64,000 nucleotides of DNA, from contig CAVXGK010000001.1 of assembly GCA_963761305.1 (NCBI GenBank), forward strand, positions 704,001 through 768,000. Reading direction: 5' to 3'. This DNA comes from an uncultured Gemmatimonadaceae bacterium (GTDB lineage: Bacteria > Gemmatimonadota > Gemmatimonadetes > Gemmatimonadales > Gemmatimonadaceae). Made by a program: the position numbers and the translations under genes. The notes under the pieces are model-generated. The model ran no database searches, was not told the DNA's origin, and saw nothing but the letters and a program-made list of their open reading frames with translations. Shown here piece after piece: positions 49,208 through 59,372 of the stretch; within the stretch, counting starts at the first letter, position 1; the number at the start of each line of letters is the position of its first letter.

Positions 49208-50410
49208 TCACACAGGCCGCGTCACTCGCCGACGCTCAGCACCAGCTCGCCCGACCAGGGACCGGGACAGACCAAGCGTGGCCAGTACCAACAGACCGGC
49301 CAGCATGAAGGGTACGCCTGTACCGAAGCGATCCACGATCAGACCGGCGCCCAGCGGAAACGCCACTCGCGCCATTCCACCGTAGCTCTGTTGCACGCCC
49401 ATCTGCAAGCCTCGTTCGCCGGGCGGCACGGCCACCGACAGCATCGCCGTGACGCACGGAAACAGGAAGGCGGTGCCCAGCGGCATCAGCGAGAACGACG
49501 CGAAGAGGGATCCCCAGGACGCGCTGAACGCCAACAGGCATAGGCCGGCGGACAGGAACACGACGCCCATCCGCGCCACGCGAGGCTCGCCGAGCCACCG
49601 CACGACCGGGCCGAGGAGAATGGCGCGGAAGATCACGCCCATGAGCCCGAAGTACATGAAGAAATAGCCGACGGTCTTCTCGGTCACTCCGAACCGTTCC
49701 GCGAGGACGAGCGGCATGAATTGGCCGGTGCCGTAGAAACCGCCCATCGCGATCGCGTAGATCAGGATGAGACGCGGCGCCGGCTCGTTGGGATGCGTGA
49801 GCACGTTGAGCAGCGCACCCGACCCGGCCGGCCGCCGCGGCCGCGACGCCTGCTCCACGGTGAGCTTCTCGTTCGACTCACGAAGGAACCGCCACGCGAA
49901 CGCGCTGATGCCGAGGCACAGGACCGCCGCGCCGAGGCCCGGCGCCCGATGCCCCCACAGCACCGTGAGGAACGATCCGAAGGCAGGGCCGATGATGACG
50001 CCGAAGCTCGTCGCCGCGCTGAGCCACCCGAGGCTCTTCGCGCGATCGTCCTCGCGCATGGAGTCGGCGACGTACGCTTGAAGCACGCCGACCGTCCCGC
50101 CGCCGACGCCCTGGACGAACCGCGAGAGCAGCAGGAGCGGCAGCGAGTCCGTGAACGCGAACACGACGTACGCGACGCTCGAGACGAGCAGCCCGACGAG
50201 GATGGCGGGCCGGCGGCCGTATCGGTCCGAGAAGCGTCCCCACCCGGGCGCGCTGAGGAGTTGCGCCACGGCATACGATGCGAGGATGACTCCAACCATC
50301 GCCCCGTTCGCGCCCATTCGGGTAGCGTAGAACGGAACGAGCGGGAAGATCATCGTCGACCCGACCATGTCGACGAAGGCCGTGAACATCAGGACGACCA
50401 ACTTCCCCAT
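49208..50410 (-). CDS. MFS transporter (DHA1/TetA-like)
   Basis: ~12 TM segments; motif A GRFSDRYGRRP; GVIIGPAFG. Confidence 0.88.
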   Translation of the reverse strand: MGKLVVLMFTAFVDMVGSTMIFPLVPFYATRMGANGAMVGVILASYAVAQLLSAPGWGRFSDRYGRRPAILVGLLVSSVAYVVFAFTDSLPLLLLSRFVQGVGGGTVGVLQAYVADSMREDDRAKSLGWLSAATSFGVIIGPAFGSFLTVLWGHRAPGLGAAVLCLGISAFAWRFLRESNEKLTVEQASRPRRPAGSGALLNVLTHPNEPAPRLILIYAIAMGGFYGTGQFMPLVLAERFGVTEKTVGYFFMYFGLMGVIFRAILLGPVVRWLGEPRVARMGVVFLSAGLCLLAFSASWGSLFASFSLMPLGTAFLFPCVTAMLSVAVPPGERGLQMGVQQSYGGMARVAFPLGAGLIVDRFGTGVPFMLAGLLVLATLGLSRSLVGRAGAERRRVTRPV

Positions 50411-50621
50411 GCTCGGCCTCTACGATGGTTGGACGGGCAATGCAGCCGCAAGCTATCCAAGGTCAAGTCGCGACGCGACTTGAGCGCTGACGGCCGCTCG
50501 AAGCATGTTGCGAATCGTGACAGCCGCGCGGTTTGACAAGCCGCCGCCGAGCGAGCCACTGTCCACTTCGAGTCCGAACCACCTTGACTCGCACGAATCC
50601 AATTGTGCGGAGGAATTCTCG

Positions 50622-51179
50622 ATGAAGCTCGCGCATCTCGCACTCGCGTCAGCCGTCGCCATTGCCGCGACAGCCTGCTCCGATCAAACGATCCCGACCG
50701 AACCGTCCCGCTCGGCGGGCGAATCGGTTGCAAACGCAGACAAAGGCGGCACGACCGATCGGACGGTGAACATGATGGACGCATGCGATGGCCCGAGCTT
50801 CGCAGCGGCGGGCGTCGCCTGCACACGCAATCATGGAGTCACCTTCGACGACCTCATTGGTCAACTCATGGCGCATGGATCCGCCGGTGCTTGGCACAAT
50901 GCTCCCTCGCAGATGGACGCGAAAGTCGGCCTGACCCTCTTTGCCGTGAACAAGGGCGGCGAGGTTCACACGTTCACGAGAGTCGCGAAGTTCGGCGGCG
51001 GTGTCGTCCCGGAGATCAACGCCCTCTTGCATCTCACCCCCGCGCCGGAGTGCCTGGCGGAGACGAACTTCGTGGCGCCGGGCGGTGCGGACGCGGACGA
51101 TGTCGTTCAACCGGGAATCACTCTGTACCAGTGCTGCATCCATCCATGGATGCAGACGGTGGTCAACGGAAAGGGCTGA
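50622..51179 (+). CDS. cupredoxin-like lipoprotein
   Basis: Lipobox AATAC; NKGGEVHTFT and YQCCIHPWM, a type-1 Cu ligand pattern. Confidence 0.75.
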   Translation: MKLAHLALASAVAIAATACSDQTIPTEPSRSAGESVANADKGGTTDRTVNMMDACDGPSFAAAGVACTRNHGVTFDDLIGQLMAHGSAGAWHNAPSQMDAKVGLTLFAVNKGGEVHTFTRVAKFGGGVVPEINALLHLTPAPECLAETNFVAPGGADADDVVQPGITLYQCCIHPWMQTVVNGKG

Positions 51180-51211
51180 GCGAGCAGGGATTCGTCGGAT
51201 CGAGGCGCCCG

Positions 51212-52987
51212 TCACCGTTCGTCGGCGGGCGCCTCGGGTCCCAACTCGCCGGTTTCGAGCGAACGCTCGGCGAGGGACTTGAGCCGGGCATCCTGATTTC
51301 GACGGAGCCCGCGGATCGAACGCCGCGCCCGCCGATACGCCATCGGCACGAAGACGCGCGCACAATCAATGTGACCCTCGACGGCTTCGCCGCCCAGGCG
51401 CTCGGCGCGCTCGATCTCCCACGTCGTCCTCGACAACACGGACGTCGCAAGGAAGATGTCGATCGCCGCGTTGGCCATGCGCTCCTGCAGGAACTGCTTT
51501 TCGAGAATCCCCTTGCCGTACTTCATCACCGCCGCCTCGACGCCGAGCGCGAGATCGTGCACCAGCGTCGACACGAGCCCTGCTTCGCGCTCGAGCGATT
51601 CATGAACGCGTGAGAACGCGGGCTTGGTGATCGTGCGCTTCGCCCGCCCCTTGAGGTACTCGCCGATCGCGCCGAGCGAATGGATCGGATCCTTGAACGC
51701 CTGGCCAAGTGACTTCAAGCGCTCGGCGGGCTCCTGCATGCCCATGAGCGCGATGAGCGCGCGCAGGATTTCGTTCGTGCCCTCGAAGATGAGGTTGATG
51801 CGCGAGTCGCGTACGGCCTGTTCGTAGGGGAACTCCTTCGAGTAGCCGATGCCGCCGGCGATCTGCAGCGCGTCGTTCGCGGCGCGAAATGCCAACTCCG
51901 ATCCGAACACCTTGCACGCCGCCGTCTCGAGCGAAAAGTCGATGCCGCCGCGGTCGACCATCCCGGCCGCGACCATCGCCGCCGAATCGAGCGCATAACA
52001 ATCCACGGCGGCCATGGCGATTTTTCGCTGAAGCATCTCGAACGATCCGATCGGCTTGCCGAACTGCTCGCGTTCCTTGGCATAGGCGAGCGCGAGCCGC
52101 ATCACGTGTCGAGTGCCGCGCGCGGACGCCGACGCGAGCCCCAGCCGGCCGGAGTTCAACACCTCCAGCGCGATGTGAAAACCCTGGCCGACGTCGCCGA
52201 GGCGATCGTCGACCGGGACCTTGACCTTGTCGAAGAAGATGGCGCGCGTGTCGGAGGCCTTGATGCCCATTTTCTCTTCGCGTTTGCCGAGCGACACACC
52301 GGGCGCGTGCGCGTCGACGATGAATGCGGTCACGCGGTTCTTGCGCTTCCCTTCGACCTCGACGGCGACCTTGGCGAAGACGGTGAGCAGATCGGCGTAG
52401 CCGGCGTTCGAGATCCAGATTTTCGTTCCGCTCAGGAGATAGTGCGTGCCGTCGTCGCTGAGCGTCGCCGTGGTCTTCATCGCCTGCGCGTCGGAGCCGG
52501 AGCCGGGCTCGGTCAGACAGAACGCGGCGACGAGCTCGCCGGTGGCGCAGCGCGGCAGGTAGCGCTGTTTCTGCGGCTCGGTTCCGAAGAGCACGATTCC
52601 CTTGCAGCCGATCGACTGGTGCGCGCCGAAGTAGACGCAGAGCGCCGGGTCAGTGCCGCCTATCTCGGCGAACACGCGATTATAGACGCGCGCCGGAGCG
52701 CCGAAGCCGCCGTACGCCTCGGGAATGCTGAGTCCCATGAGCCCGAGCTCGTGCAGGCCCTGCCGCACACCATCCGGAAACTGCCCCTCGTGGTCGAACC
52801 GCGAGGAATCGATCTGCTGCGCGGCGTAGGCCCGGAACGAGTCGAGGATCATCGTGAGCGACTCGTGCTCCTCGGCGCTCAGTTCCGGAAACGGAAAGAC
52901 CAGATCCTCGCGGATCTCGCCGAGGAAGACGCCCTTGAGAAAGGACGGGTTGAGATCGGGGGAGGCCAGATGAGGCGAATCGGTCAT
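51212..52987 (-). CDS. acyl-CoA dehydrogenase (VLCAD/ACAD9-like)
   Basis: FCLTEPGSGSDA, GTKIWISN, KMGIKAS, REQFGKPI, GGIGY, IFEGTNEI, plus C-terminal extension. Confidence 0.92.
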   Translation of the reverse strand: MTDSPHLASPDLNPSFLKGVFLGEIREDLVFPFPELSAEEHESLTMILDSFRAYAAQQIDSSRFDHEGQFPDGVRQGLHELGLMGLSIPEAYGGFGAPARVYNRVFAEIGGTDPALCVYFGAHQSIGCKGIVLFGTEPQKQRYLPRCATGELVAAFCLTEPGSGSDAQAMKTTATLSDDGTHYLLSGTKIWISNAGYADLLTVFAKVAVEVEGKRKNRVTAFIVDAHAPGVSLGKREEKMGIKASDTRAIFFDKVKVPVDDRLGDVGQGFHIALEVLNSGRLGLASASARGTRHVMRLALAYAKEREQFGKPIGSFEMLQRKIAMAAVDCYALDSAAMVAAGMVDRGGIDFSLETAACKVFGSELAFRAANDALQIAGGIGYSKEFPYEQAVRDSRINLIFEGTNEILRALIALMGMQEPAERLKSLGQAFKDPIHSLGAIGEYLKGRAKRTITKPAFSRVHESLEREAGLVSTLVHDLALGVEAAVMKYGKGILEKQFLQERMANAAIDIFLATSVLSRTTWEIERAERLGGEAVEGHIDCARVFVPMAYRRARRSIRGLRRNQDARLKSLAERSLETGELGPEAPADER

Positions 52988-53252
52988 TGAGAGCGAGGAT
53001 CGTTCGGTTTCCACGGACCGGCGCGATGCCGACGTCACGCATCGAACTCACGCGAAATCTCACACGTCAGCCTAGAGTCCGGAGCAGAGCCCTACGGAGG
53101 GTCGGTCGCGGTTCTCTCCACTGGACTGTTCGGCGACGGGTGTTTCGCGGCAACGCTGCCTGGAAGTCGCGTGGCGCCGGTGTTTCGATCTACCACCTTG
53201 ACTCGCGTCCGAGGAGATCACTCCCGCAACACAGAACATGCTTGACGCCGGC

Positions 53253-53716
53253 GGGCGAGTTGGACGTCGCGTAGAGCGAGTTGGCGGTCGCGTAGAGCGA
53301 GTCGGAGGTCGTGTCGAGCGAGCCGAATGTCGTGTCGAGCGAACCGAATGTCGTGTCGACCGAACCGAAGGTCGTGTCGAGCGAAACGAACGACGTGTCG
53401 AGCGAACCGAAGGTCGTGTCGAGCGAATCGGGTATCGCGTAGAGCGAGCTGGAGGTCGCGTCGAGCGAGTCGGAGGTCGTGTAGAGCGAGTCGGATGTCG
53501 GGTAAAGCGAGTCGGATGTCGGGTAGAGCGCGTCGGATGTCGGGTAAAGCGAGTCGGATATTGAGCGCAGCGAGTCGGATGTCGAGCACAGCGAGCCGGA
53601 TGTCGGGGCAAACGCGAATCGGGCGTCGAGTACAGCGAATTGGATGTTGAGTAGAGCGAATTGGATGTCGAGCACAGCGAGTTGGATGTCGAGCACAGCG
53701 AGTTGGAGGTCGAGCA
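53253..53716. repeat. tandem array of 22 degenerate 21-bp units (consensus ~GAGCGAGTCGGATGTCGNGTA)
   Basis: 464 bp = 22x21+2; one unit near 53610 carries a 2-nt insertion; lies between divergent genes. Confidence 0.92.
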
Positions 53717-53770
53717 AAGTCAGTCGGCAATCGCTGGTACCAAGCGCGTAGCACTAGTTTTTGAGTCACG

Positions 53771-54607
53771 ATGCGCATCGTATCCTTCCTCGCCGCGGGC
53801 ACCGAGATCGCCAACGCCGTCGGTGCGGGTGACGATCTCCTCGGACGGTCGCACGAGTGCGACTATCCGCCGGGTGTCGAGCGCCTGCCGATCGTGAGTC
53901 GTCCCGCGCTCGACCTTACGGGACTCAGCCAGGCGGAGATCGACGCGGCGGTCGCCAGCCGCATGAACACCGGCGAGAGCCTGTACGTGGTCGACGAACA
54001 GCTGCTGCGCGACCTCGCGCCCGACGTGATCCTCACGCAAGACCTGTGTCACGTGTGCGCGCCGTCCGGCAACGAGCTCACGCGCGCGCTCACGACGCTG
54101 CCAAAGAAGCCGGAGCTGGTGTTTCTGACGCCGCGCACGCTCGCCGAGATCGATGAGAACATTCTCACGGTAGGCCGTGTGACCGGACACGAGGCGGCGG
54201 CGCGCGCCGTCGTCGAGCGCAACCACGAGCGTCTCGATCGGGTGCGCGCCGCGACGCGCGGCAAGACGCCGCGCCGCGTGACGTTCCTCGAATGGGCGGA
54301 TCCGCCGTTCTGCGCCGGCCACTGGGTGCCGGAGATGCTCGAGATTGCCGGCGGCCACGATCCTCTCGGCAGGCCGGGCGCCGACTCGGTGCGCGTGACC
54401 TGGGACGACATTCGCGAGACGCGGCCGGAGATCGTCATCGTCGCGCCATGCGGATTCGGATTGGCCGACGCGCAGCGCATGGCGCGCGAGCTACCCCCGC
54501 TGCCGGGTGCGCGCGTCGAAGCGGTCGACGCGAACGCGTTCTTCGCACGACCCGGGCCTCGCTATGCCGAAGGCGTCGAGGTACTCGCCGAGCTGTTCGC
54601 GCGCTGA
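53771..54607 (+). CDS. cobalamin/Fe-siderophore-binding (BtuF-like) protein, no signal peptide
   Basis: MRIVSFLAAGTEI, GRSHECDYP, PDVILTQDLC.VCA, EW.DP...GHWVPE, FARPGPR. Confidence 0.85.
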   Translation: MRIVSFLAAGTEIANAVGAGDDLLGRSHECDYPPGVERLPIVSRPALDLTGLSQAEIDAAVASRMNTGESLYVVDEQLLRDLAPDVILTQDLCHVCAPSGNELTRALTTLPKKPELVFLTPRTLAEIDENILTVGRVTGHEAAARAVVERNHERLDRVRAATRGKTPRRVTFLEWADPPFCAGHWVPEMLEIAGGHDPLGRPGADSVRVTWDDIRETRPEIVIVAPCGFGLADAQRMARELPPLPGARVEAVDANAFFARPGPRYAEGVEVLAELFAR

Positions 54608-54620
54608 TAGCCTTCGGCGC

Positions 54621-56096
54621 ATGGAGCCACATGCGCCATCGAATTTGGAGCTCGACGCCGAGACGATGCGGCGGCTCGGCCACCGCGTGGCGGACGCCGT
54701 CGTCGATCATCTCTCGACGCTTCGGCAACAACCGGCGCAGCAGTCGCTGACGCGGGCCGACGCCCGACACACGATCGCGACGCCCGCGCCCGAGCGCGGC
54801 ATGTCGTTCGACGCGATCATGGAATTCCTGGATACGCGAGTGTTCCCCAACCACGCGCGCGAGCCGCATCCGCATTTCATGGGCTACATCCCCAGCTCGC
54901 CGACGTTTCCCGCGGTGCTCGGCGATTGGCTGGCGACGGGATACAACTTTTTTGCCGGCGTGTGGTCCGTCGCGTCCGGGCCGAACGAGATCGAGCTGGT
55001 GGTGCTCGACTGGTTTCGGCGATGGCTCGGCATGCCGGAAGGCACCAGTGGGCTGATCACCTCAGGCGGGTCGACGGCGACGCTGACCGCGCTGGTCGCG
55101 GCGCGTCACGCGGCCGATCCGACGGCGGCGGGATTGCCGCGCATGACGCTCTACGCATCGGACCAGGCCCATTCGTCGGTCGAGCGGGCGGCCTGGATCG
55201 TGGGAATTCCGCGGGCCAATGTCCGCTCGATTCCCACCGACGACGACTATCGCATGCGCGTCGACGCGCTGCGCCAGACGATCGCTGCGGATCGCGAATG
55301 CGGGTTGCTGCCGTTCGCGATCGTCGCGAGCGCCGGCACCACGAACACGGGCGCCGTCGATCCGCTCGACGAGATCGCGAGCGTTTGCGCCGAGGAGTCG
55401 CTGTGGCTCCACGTCGACGCCGCATACGCGGGATTCGCCGCGCTCACCGAATCGGGCGCGGAGGCGCTGCGAGGAATCGAGCGTGCTGATTCAGTGACGC
55501 TCGATCCGCACAAATGGCTCTTTGTGCCGTTCGAGTGCGGCTGTCTCCTCGCCCGCGATCCGCGGCGCCTCGAGGAAGCATTCAGCGTGCATCCGGAGTA
55601 CTTGGGGGACGTGCGGGCGCGAGAGCACGAGGTGAACTTCGCCGACCTCGGACCACAGCTCACGCGCGCGGCGCACGCGCTCAAGATCTGGACGTCGATC
55701 AGCTATTTCGGTGTCGGCGAGATCCGCGAGGCGATCGCGCGCGGCATCCGGCGGGCGGAGTATGCCGCGGAGCGTCTGCGCAAGATGCCGGACTTCGAGA
55801 TTCTGTCGCCGCCGCAATTCGGGGTCGTCTGCTTCCGCGCGCGACCGGCCGACCTGCGCGACGGCGACGACGTCGACGCGCTGAACACGCGAATCAACTC
55901 CCGCGTGAACGCCACCGGCCGCTTTCTGACGTCGTCGACCCGTTTGCGCGGCCGATTTTCGCTCCGGCTGTGCACCCAGGTGCACCGAATGACCGAGGGC
56001 GATGTCGACGAGGTCCTGGACGCAATGGCCGGCGCCTTGAGCCAGGAACGGGGGCTTGTGACCGCAACGCGAGAAGGCGGGGTTCAGCATCGTTGA
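54621..56096 (+). CDS. group II PLP-dependent decarboxylase (aromatic-L-amino-acid decarboxylase-like)
   Basis: HPHFMGYIP, SGGS, SDQAHSS, AGTTNTGAVD, HVDAAYAG, DPHKWLF. Confidence 0.9.
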   Translation: MEPHAPSNLELDAETMRRLGHRVADAVVDHLSTLRQQPAQQSLTRADARHTIATPAPERGMSFDAIMEFLDTRVFPNHAREPHPHFMGYIPSSPTFPAVLGDWLATGYNFFAGVWSVASGPNEIELVVLDWFRRWLGMPEGTSGLITSGGSTATLTALVAARHAADPTAAGLPRMTLYASDQAHSSVERAAWIVGIPRANVRSIPTDDDYRMRVDALRQTIAADRECGLLPFAIVASAGTTNTGAVDPLDEIASVCAEESLWLHVDAAYAGFAALTESGAEALRGIERADSVTLDPHKWLFVPFECGCLLARDPRRLEEAFSVHPEYLGDVRAREHEVNFADLGPQLTRAAHALKIWTSISYFGVGEIREAIARGIRRAEYAAERLRKMPDFEILSPPQFGVVCFRARPADLRDGDDVDALNTRINSRVNATGRFLTSSTRLRGRFSLRLCTQVHRMTEGDVDEVLDAMAGALSQERGLVTATREGGVQHR

Positions 56097-56169
56097 CCAA
56101 TCGTCCGCTGGGGATTGCGCGTCTTGCGCGCCACCAGGGATACTTCGAGTCTCGCGTGTCACCCCTTGT

Positions 56170-56850
56170 ATGCGCCGATTTCTTCTTCTCGCCATTTCGC
56201 TCTCCGCTGCCGCCGCGTGTGGATCCGACGGCGGTGCTGGTAGTACTACCGGTCCCGGCGGTACGACCAGCAATACGCCATACAGCCTCTCCGCCGACTC
56301 GGTGTTCCTCGACCGGACGGCCCTGATCGGCACCTCGCTCCCGACGACGATCAATGTGCAGCTGGGCGGTCTGCCGGCTGCGAACGTCACGGTCACCTGG
56401 ATCGTCGCCAAAGGGAGCGGGTCGCTGAGCGGCACGACGTCCGCGACGGACGCCCTCGGCAACGCGACGGTGACCTGGAAGATCAGCGACACGGCTCAGG
56501 TCAACACGCTCACGGCGACGGCCGGCACGGGCTCCGTCAACGTGACGGCCACCGGAACGCCCGGGCCCGCGACGGTGCTCACCGCGACGAGCGCCGATTC
56601 GACGTCGCTCGTCGCCGGTGCGAGCACGCTGATCAGCGTTCACGCAGCGGATTCGTTCGGGAACGCGGTGCCGGGCGTGGTGGTTCTCTGGTCGTCGTCG
56701 GGCGGCTCGCTCAGTCTGCCGACGTCCACCACGGGCGCGACCGGCAATGCGAGCGTGGTGTTCAGCACCACAGCCACGCCGACCACCTACTCGGTGACCG
56801 CGGCCGCGAGCACGCTGAACCCGCTTTCGTTCAAGGTGATCGGGTTCTGA
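56170..56850 (+). CDS. Ig-like (Big_1-type) two-domain lipoprotein
   Basis: Lipobox AAAAC; VTVTW...GSLS....TDALG.A and D.FGN.VPG..V.WS repeats. Confidence 0.75.
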   Translation: MRRFLLLAISLSAAAACGSDGGAGSTTGPGGTTSNTPYSLSADSVFLDRTALIGTSLPTTINVQLGGLPAANVTVTWIVAKGSGSLSGTTSATDALGNATVTWKISDTAQVNTLTATAGTGSVNVTATGTPGPATVLTATSADSTSLVAGASTLISVHAADSFGNAVPGVVVLWSSSGGSLSLPTSTTGATGNASVVFSTTATPTTYSVTAAASTLNPLSFKVIGF

Positions 56851-56868
56851 GCGGCGCGCCGCCCGGCA

Positions 56869-57621
56869 TCACGCCTCGGGCGTGATCAGGCAGGCGTATT
56901 TGCAGAACACTGAAAACGCGCTCACGGCCGAGACGATGAATCCGGCGCGGCCGTCGCGCCAACCGCTGTACACGAAGTAGTCGCGAATGAAGCGCCAGGC
57001 GGGGCGCAGGACCACGTCGCTGGCGCGAGCGCGGCGGCCGCGCGAACGCATGTCGTCGGCCGCCCATTTCGCGTATTTCGCGATCTTGACCACTTGGTGC
57101 GACAGGTCGCGATACGGATAGTGAATCAACTCGCCGTCGAGCGAGCCCACGTCGCTCGTGTCGATCCGCTCGTGCACCCGCGACGCGTTGAAGCGTTGAT
57201 CGCTCGAGAAGACGCGAATCTTCCAGTCGCGGCCCCACGGTCCGTGGCGAAGCTCGCGGCCGAGGTGCCAGTTGCGCGAACGGACTCGGTAGGCGTTGAA
57301 GCGCGGCGACCCGGTGAGACACAAGTCGGCGATCGAATCGCGAAGCTCGGGCGTGACCATCTCGTCGGCGTCGAGCGCGAGGATCCACGGATTGCGGGCC
57401 GTTTCGATGGCCGCGTTTCGCTGGGCGCCGATCGTCCGGCCGGTGATCGTGAGCACGCGGGCGCCGGAGCTGCGCGCGATGTCCGCCGTGCCGTCCGTCG
57501 AGCCCGCGTCGGCGACGATGACTTCGTCGGCCCACTGAACGGTCTCGATTGCCGACTGGATCCGCGGCGCCTCGTTGAGCGTCGGGATGACGACCGAAAT
57601 CGGAATTCGAGGTTGGATCAT
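56869..57621 (-). CDS. GT2 glycosyltransferase (WaaE/KdtX-like)
   Basis: SVVIPTLNE, DAGSTDGT, WILALDADE, VHE, HYPY, GWRDG. Confidence 0.88.
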   Translation of the reverse strand: MIQPRIPISVVIPTLNEAPRIQSAIETVQWADEVIVADAGSTDGTADIARSSGARVLTITGRTIGAQRNAAIETARNPWILALDADEMVTPELRDSIADLCLTGSPRFNAYRVRSRNWHLGRELRHGPWGRDWKIRVFSSDQRFNASRVHERIDTSDVGSLDGELIHYPYRDLSHQVVKIAKYAKWAADDMRSRGRRARASDVVLRPAWRFIRDYFVYSGWRDGRAGFIVSAVSAFSVFCKYACLITPEA

Positions 57622-57806
57622 GGCGCCGCGGGCTGGTCCGACGTAGCACTGATGAATCGGACACGCCGGCCTCGGCGTTCCCGATCCGGCCCTGCCCTTC
57701 GGATCCCGGCGACGCTCGACCGCTCGCAGGGGTCCGCGGAGCAGGCGCTGCTTCTCGCCTCTATGCTACGCGCGGACCCGGGCTCTGCGTTGACGCGAGC
57801 GCGACG

Positions 57807-59087
57807 CTATCGGTGACCTACGACTACCGGCCCCCCGCGGCTGATCGGGCGCGCCGGAAAGCGACCGATCGGTCGGATGGGCTGAACACCAAACGGCCCG
57901 CGGCGAAACGTGCGCGGGAAGAACGGCGTCGCGAAATTTCCGGTCACGATCGGCGCCGACACGAACGGGTAGTACGGGTTGAAGCCATTGCACCCAAGCT
58001 GGGCGCACTGGTTCCAGACGCCGCACCCATACTGAGTGCACTGGTCGTAGTCCGTGGGGTAGTTGTTATAACCCGTATTCTGATTCGTGGGATAACACGC
58101 GACCGCGGTGCAGTACGTCGGTGAACTCGGCTCCTGCTGATACTGATCCTGGTAGACGACCGGCTGCTGCACCGAAGGCTGAATGACGATCACCTGTGGC
58201 GGCGGCCCGGCGTAGTTCATCCCCACGGTCGAGTTCAGGTACGCGTTGGGATCGTAGCCTGCCACTTGGGCGCCCGGTTGCGGTGTCCACGCAACCATCG
58301 CTTGCAGGACGCCCCGCGGCACGTTCGCCTGCGTCAACGTCGCGATCTCGGCGCCGCTCAAGCTGAACCGCTGGCCACTTGCCACGATCCAACTCTGCAC
58401 CGTGCCGGGCTCCACGTAGTGGAGCGCGTCGATCACGTCGTCGACGCCAAGCGCGAGCGCGGCGGTCGCACGCGCCGTCGAGATGGCGAGGCGGTTCGCA
58501 TTGAGCGCGTTCACGATGTCGGCCGGCACGCTGGCGGGAATTCCCGCGTCGTACCAGTGATCGACGTGTTCAATCGAGCCCTGCCCGGCGCGCACTCGCT
58601 CGACGGCGAGCCAGTCGCCGTTGGACGTCAGCGACAGCACGGCGGTCGAGGTGCCGACCAGACCGACGTTGCAGGTGTAGTTCGAGCGCATGTAGACGCG
58701 CCGGGACTTGAGCGCCCACTCGACGGTTCGTGTGCCACGACAACCGTTCTCATCGAACGAGTTCGGGCGGCCGTCGGCGACGAACTGCCGTCGCGAAACG
58801 ATGGAGCCGCGAGTGATGCTCACTTGTTGAACGCCGGATGTCCCGGCGAGCGGGACGACGCAGGTGACACTGACGGTAGCTGGATCCGAGCGTAGCGCGG
58901 CCGCATCGGCCTGCCAGCAGCCCAGCCACGGCGCCCACCGCGGATCCAGGCTCGTCGTAGACATAGATGGCGCATACTGCGCCGGATTTTGCGCGGAGAG
59001 ACGGACTCCCGCGGCCACGACCAAAACGAGCGCGAGCACTTCGCGCATCCGCGGTCGCGGCGGGGTTCCGGAAATTCGGTTCGACAT
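57807..59087 (-). CDS. hypothetical secreted protein with Gln/Tyr/Cys/Pro-rich C-terminus
   Basis: GAGG RBS before ATG 59087; signal-like LALVLVVAAG; DPRWAPWLGCW. Confidence 0.7.
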   Translation of the reverse strand: MSNRISGTPPRPRMREVLALVLVVAAGVRLSAQNPAQYAPSMSTTSLDPRWAPWLGCWQADAAALRSDPATVSVTCVVPLAGTSGVQQVSITRGSIVSRRQFVADGRPNSFDENGCRGTRTVEWALKSRRVYMRSNYTCNVGLVGTSTAVLSLTSNGDWLAVERVRAGQGSIEHVDHWYDAGIPASVPADIVNALNANRLAISTARATAALALGVDDVIDALHYVEPGTVQSWIVASGQRFSLSGAEIATLTQANVPRGVLQAMVAWTPQPGAQVAGYDPNAYLNSTVGMNYAGPPPQVIVIQPSVQQPVVYQDQYQQEPSSPTYCTAVACYPTNQNTGYNNYPTDYDQCTQYGCGVWNQCAQLGCNGFNPYYPFVSAPIVTGNFATPFFPRTFRRGPFGVQPIRPIGRFPARPISRGGPVVVGHR

Positions 59088-59372
59088 GGGTACCTCGGGT
59101 GTTCTTCCTCTATGCATATCCTGGAGCCAGCGCGCCGGCCAGATGCAAAATCCTTTTCCGCGTCTCTCGGCGGATCGCCGGCCTGTCCCACCCGAACAGG
59201 AAGCCGCAGATGCGCGGTTTAGTTGCTCCAACCACCGTTTCGGCGCCGAGCTCGAGTGCGCACCCGAACAGCGTGTCGATTTTCGCGCACCTCGTTCGAC
59301 GTGTCAGTGTAGGCAGTTCGGCCATCAACCCAAACACGAAACGCCAACAAAATGGCAATGGGAGATACGACA

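Noticed and set aside
53253..53716. CRISPR array
   Set aside because: Contiguous 21-bp units with no unique spacers, and no cas genes in the window.
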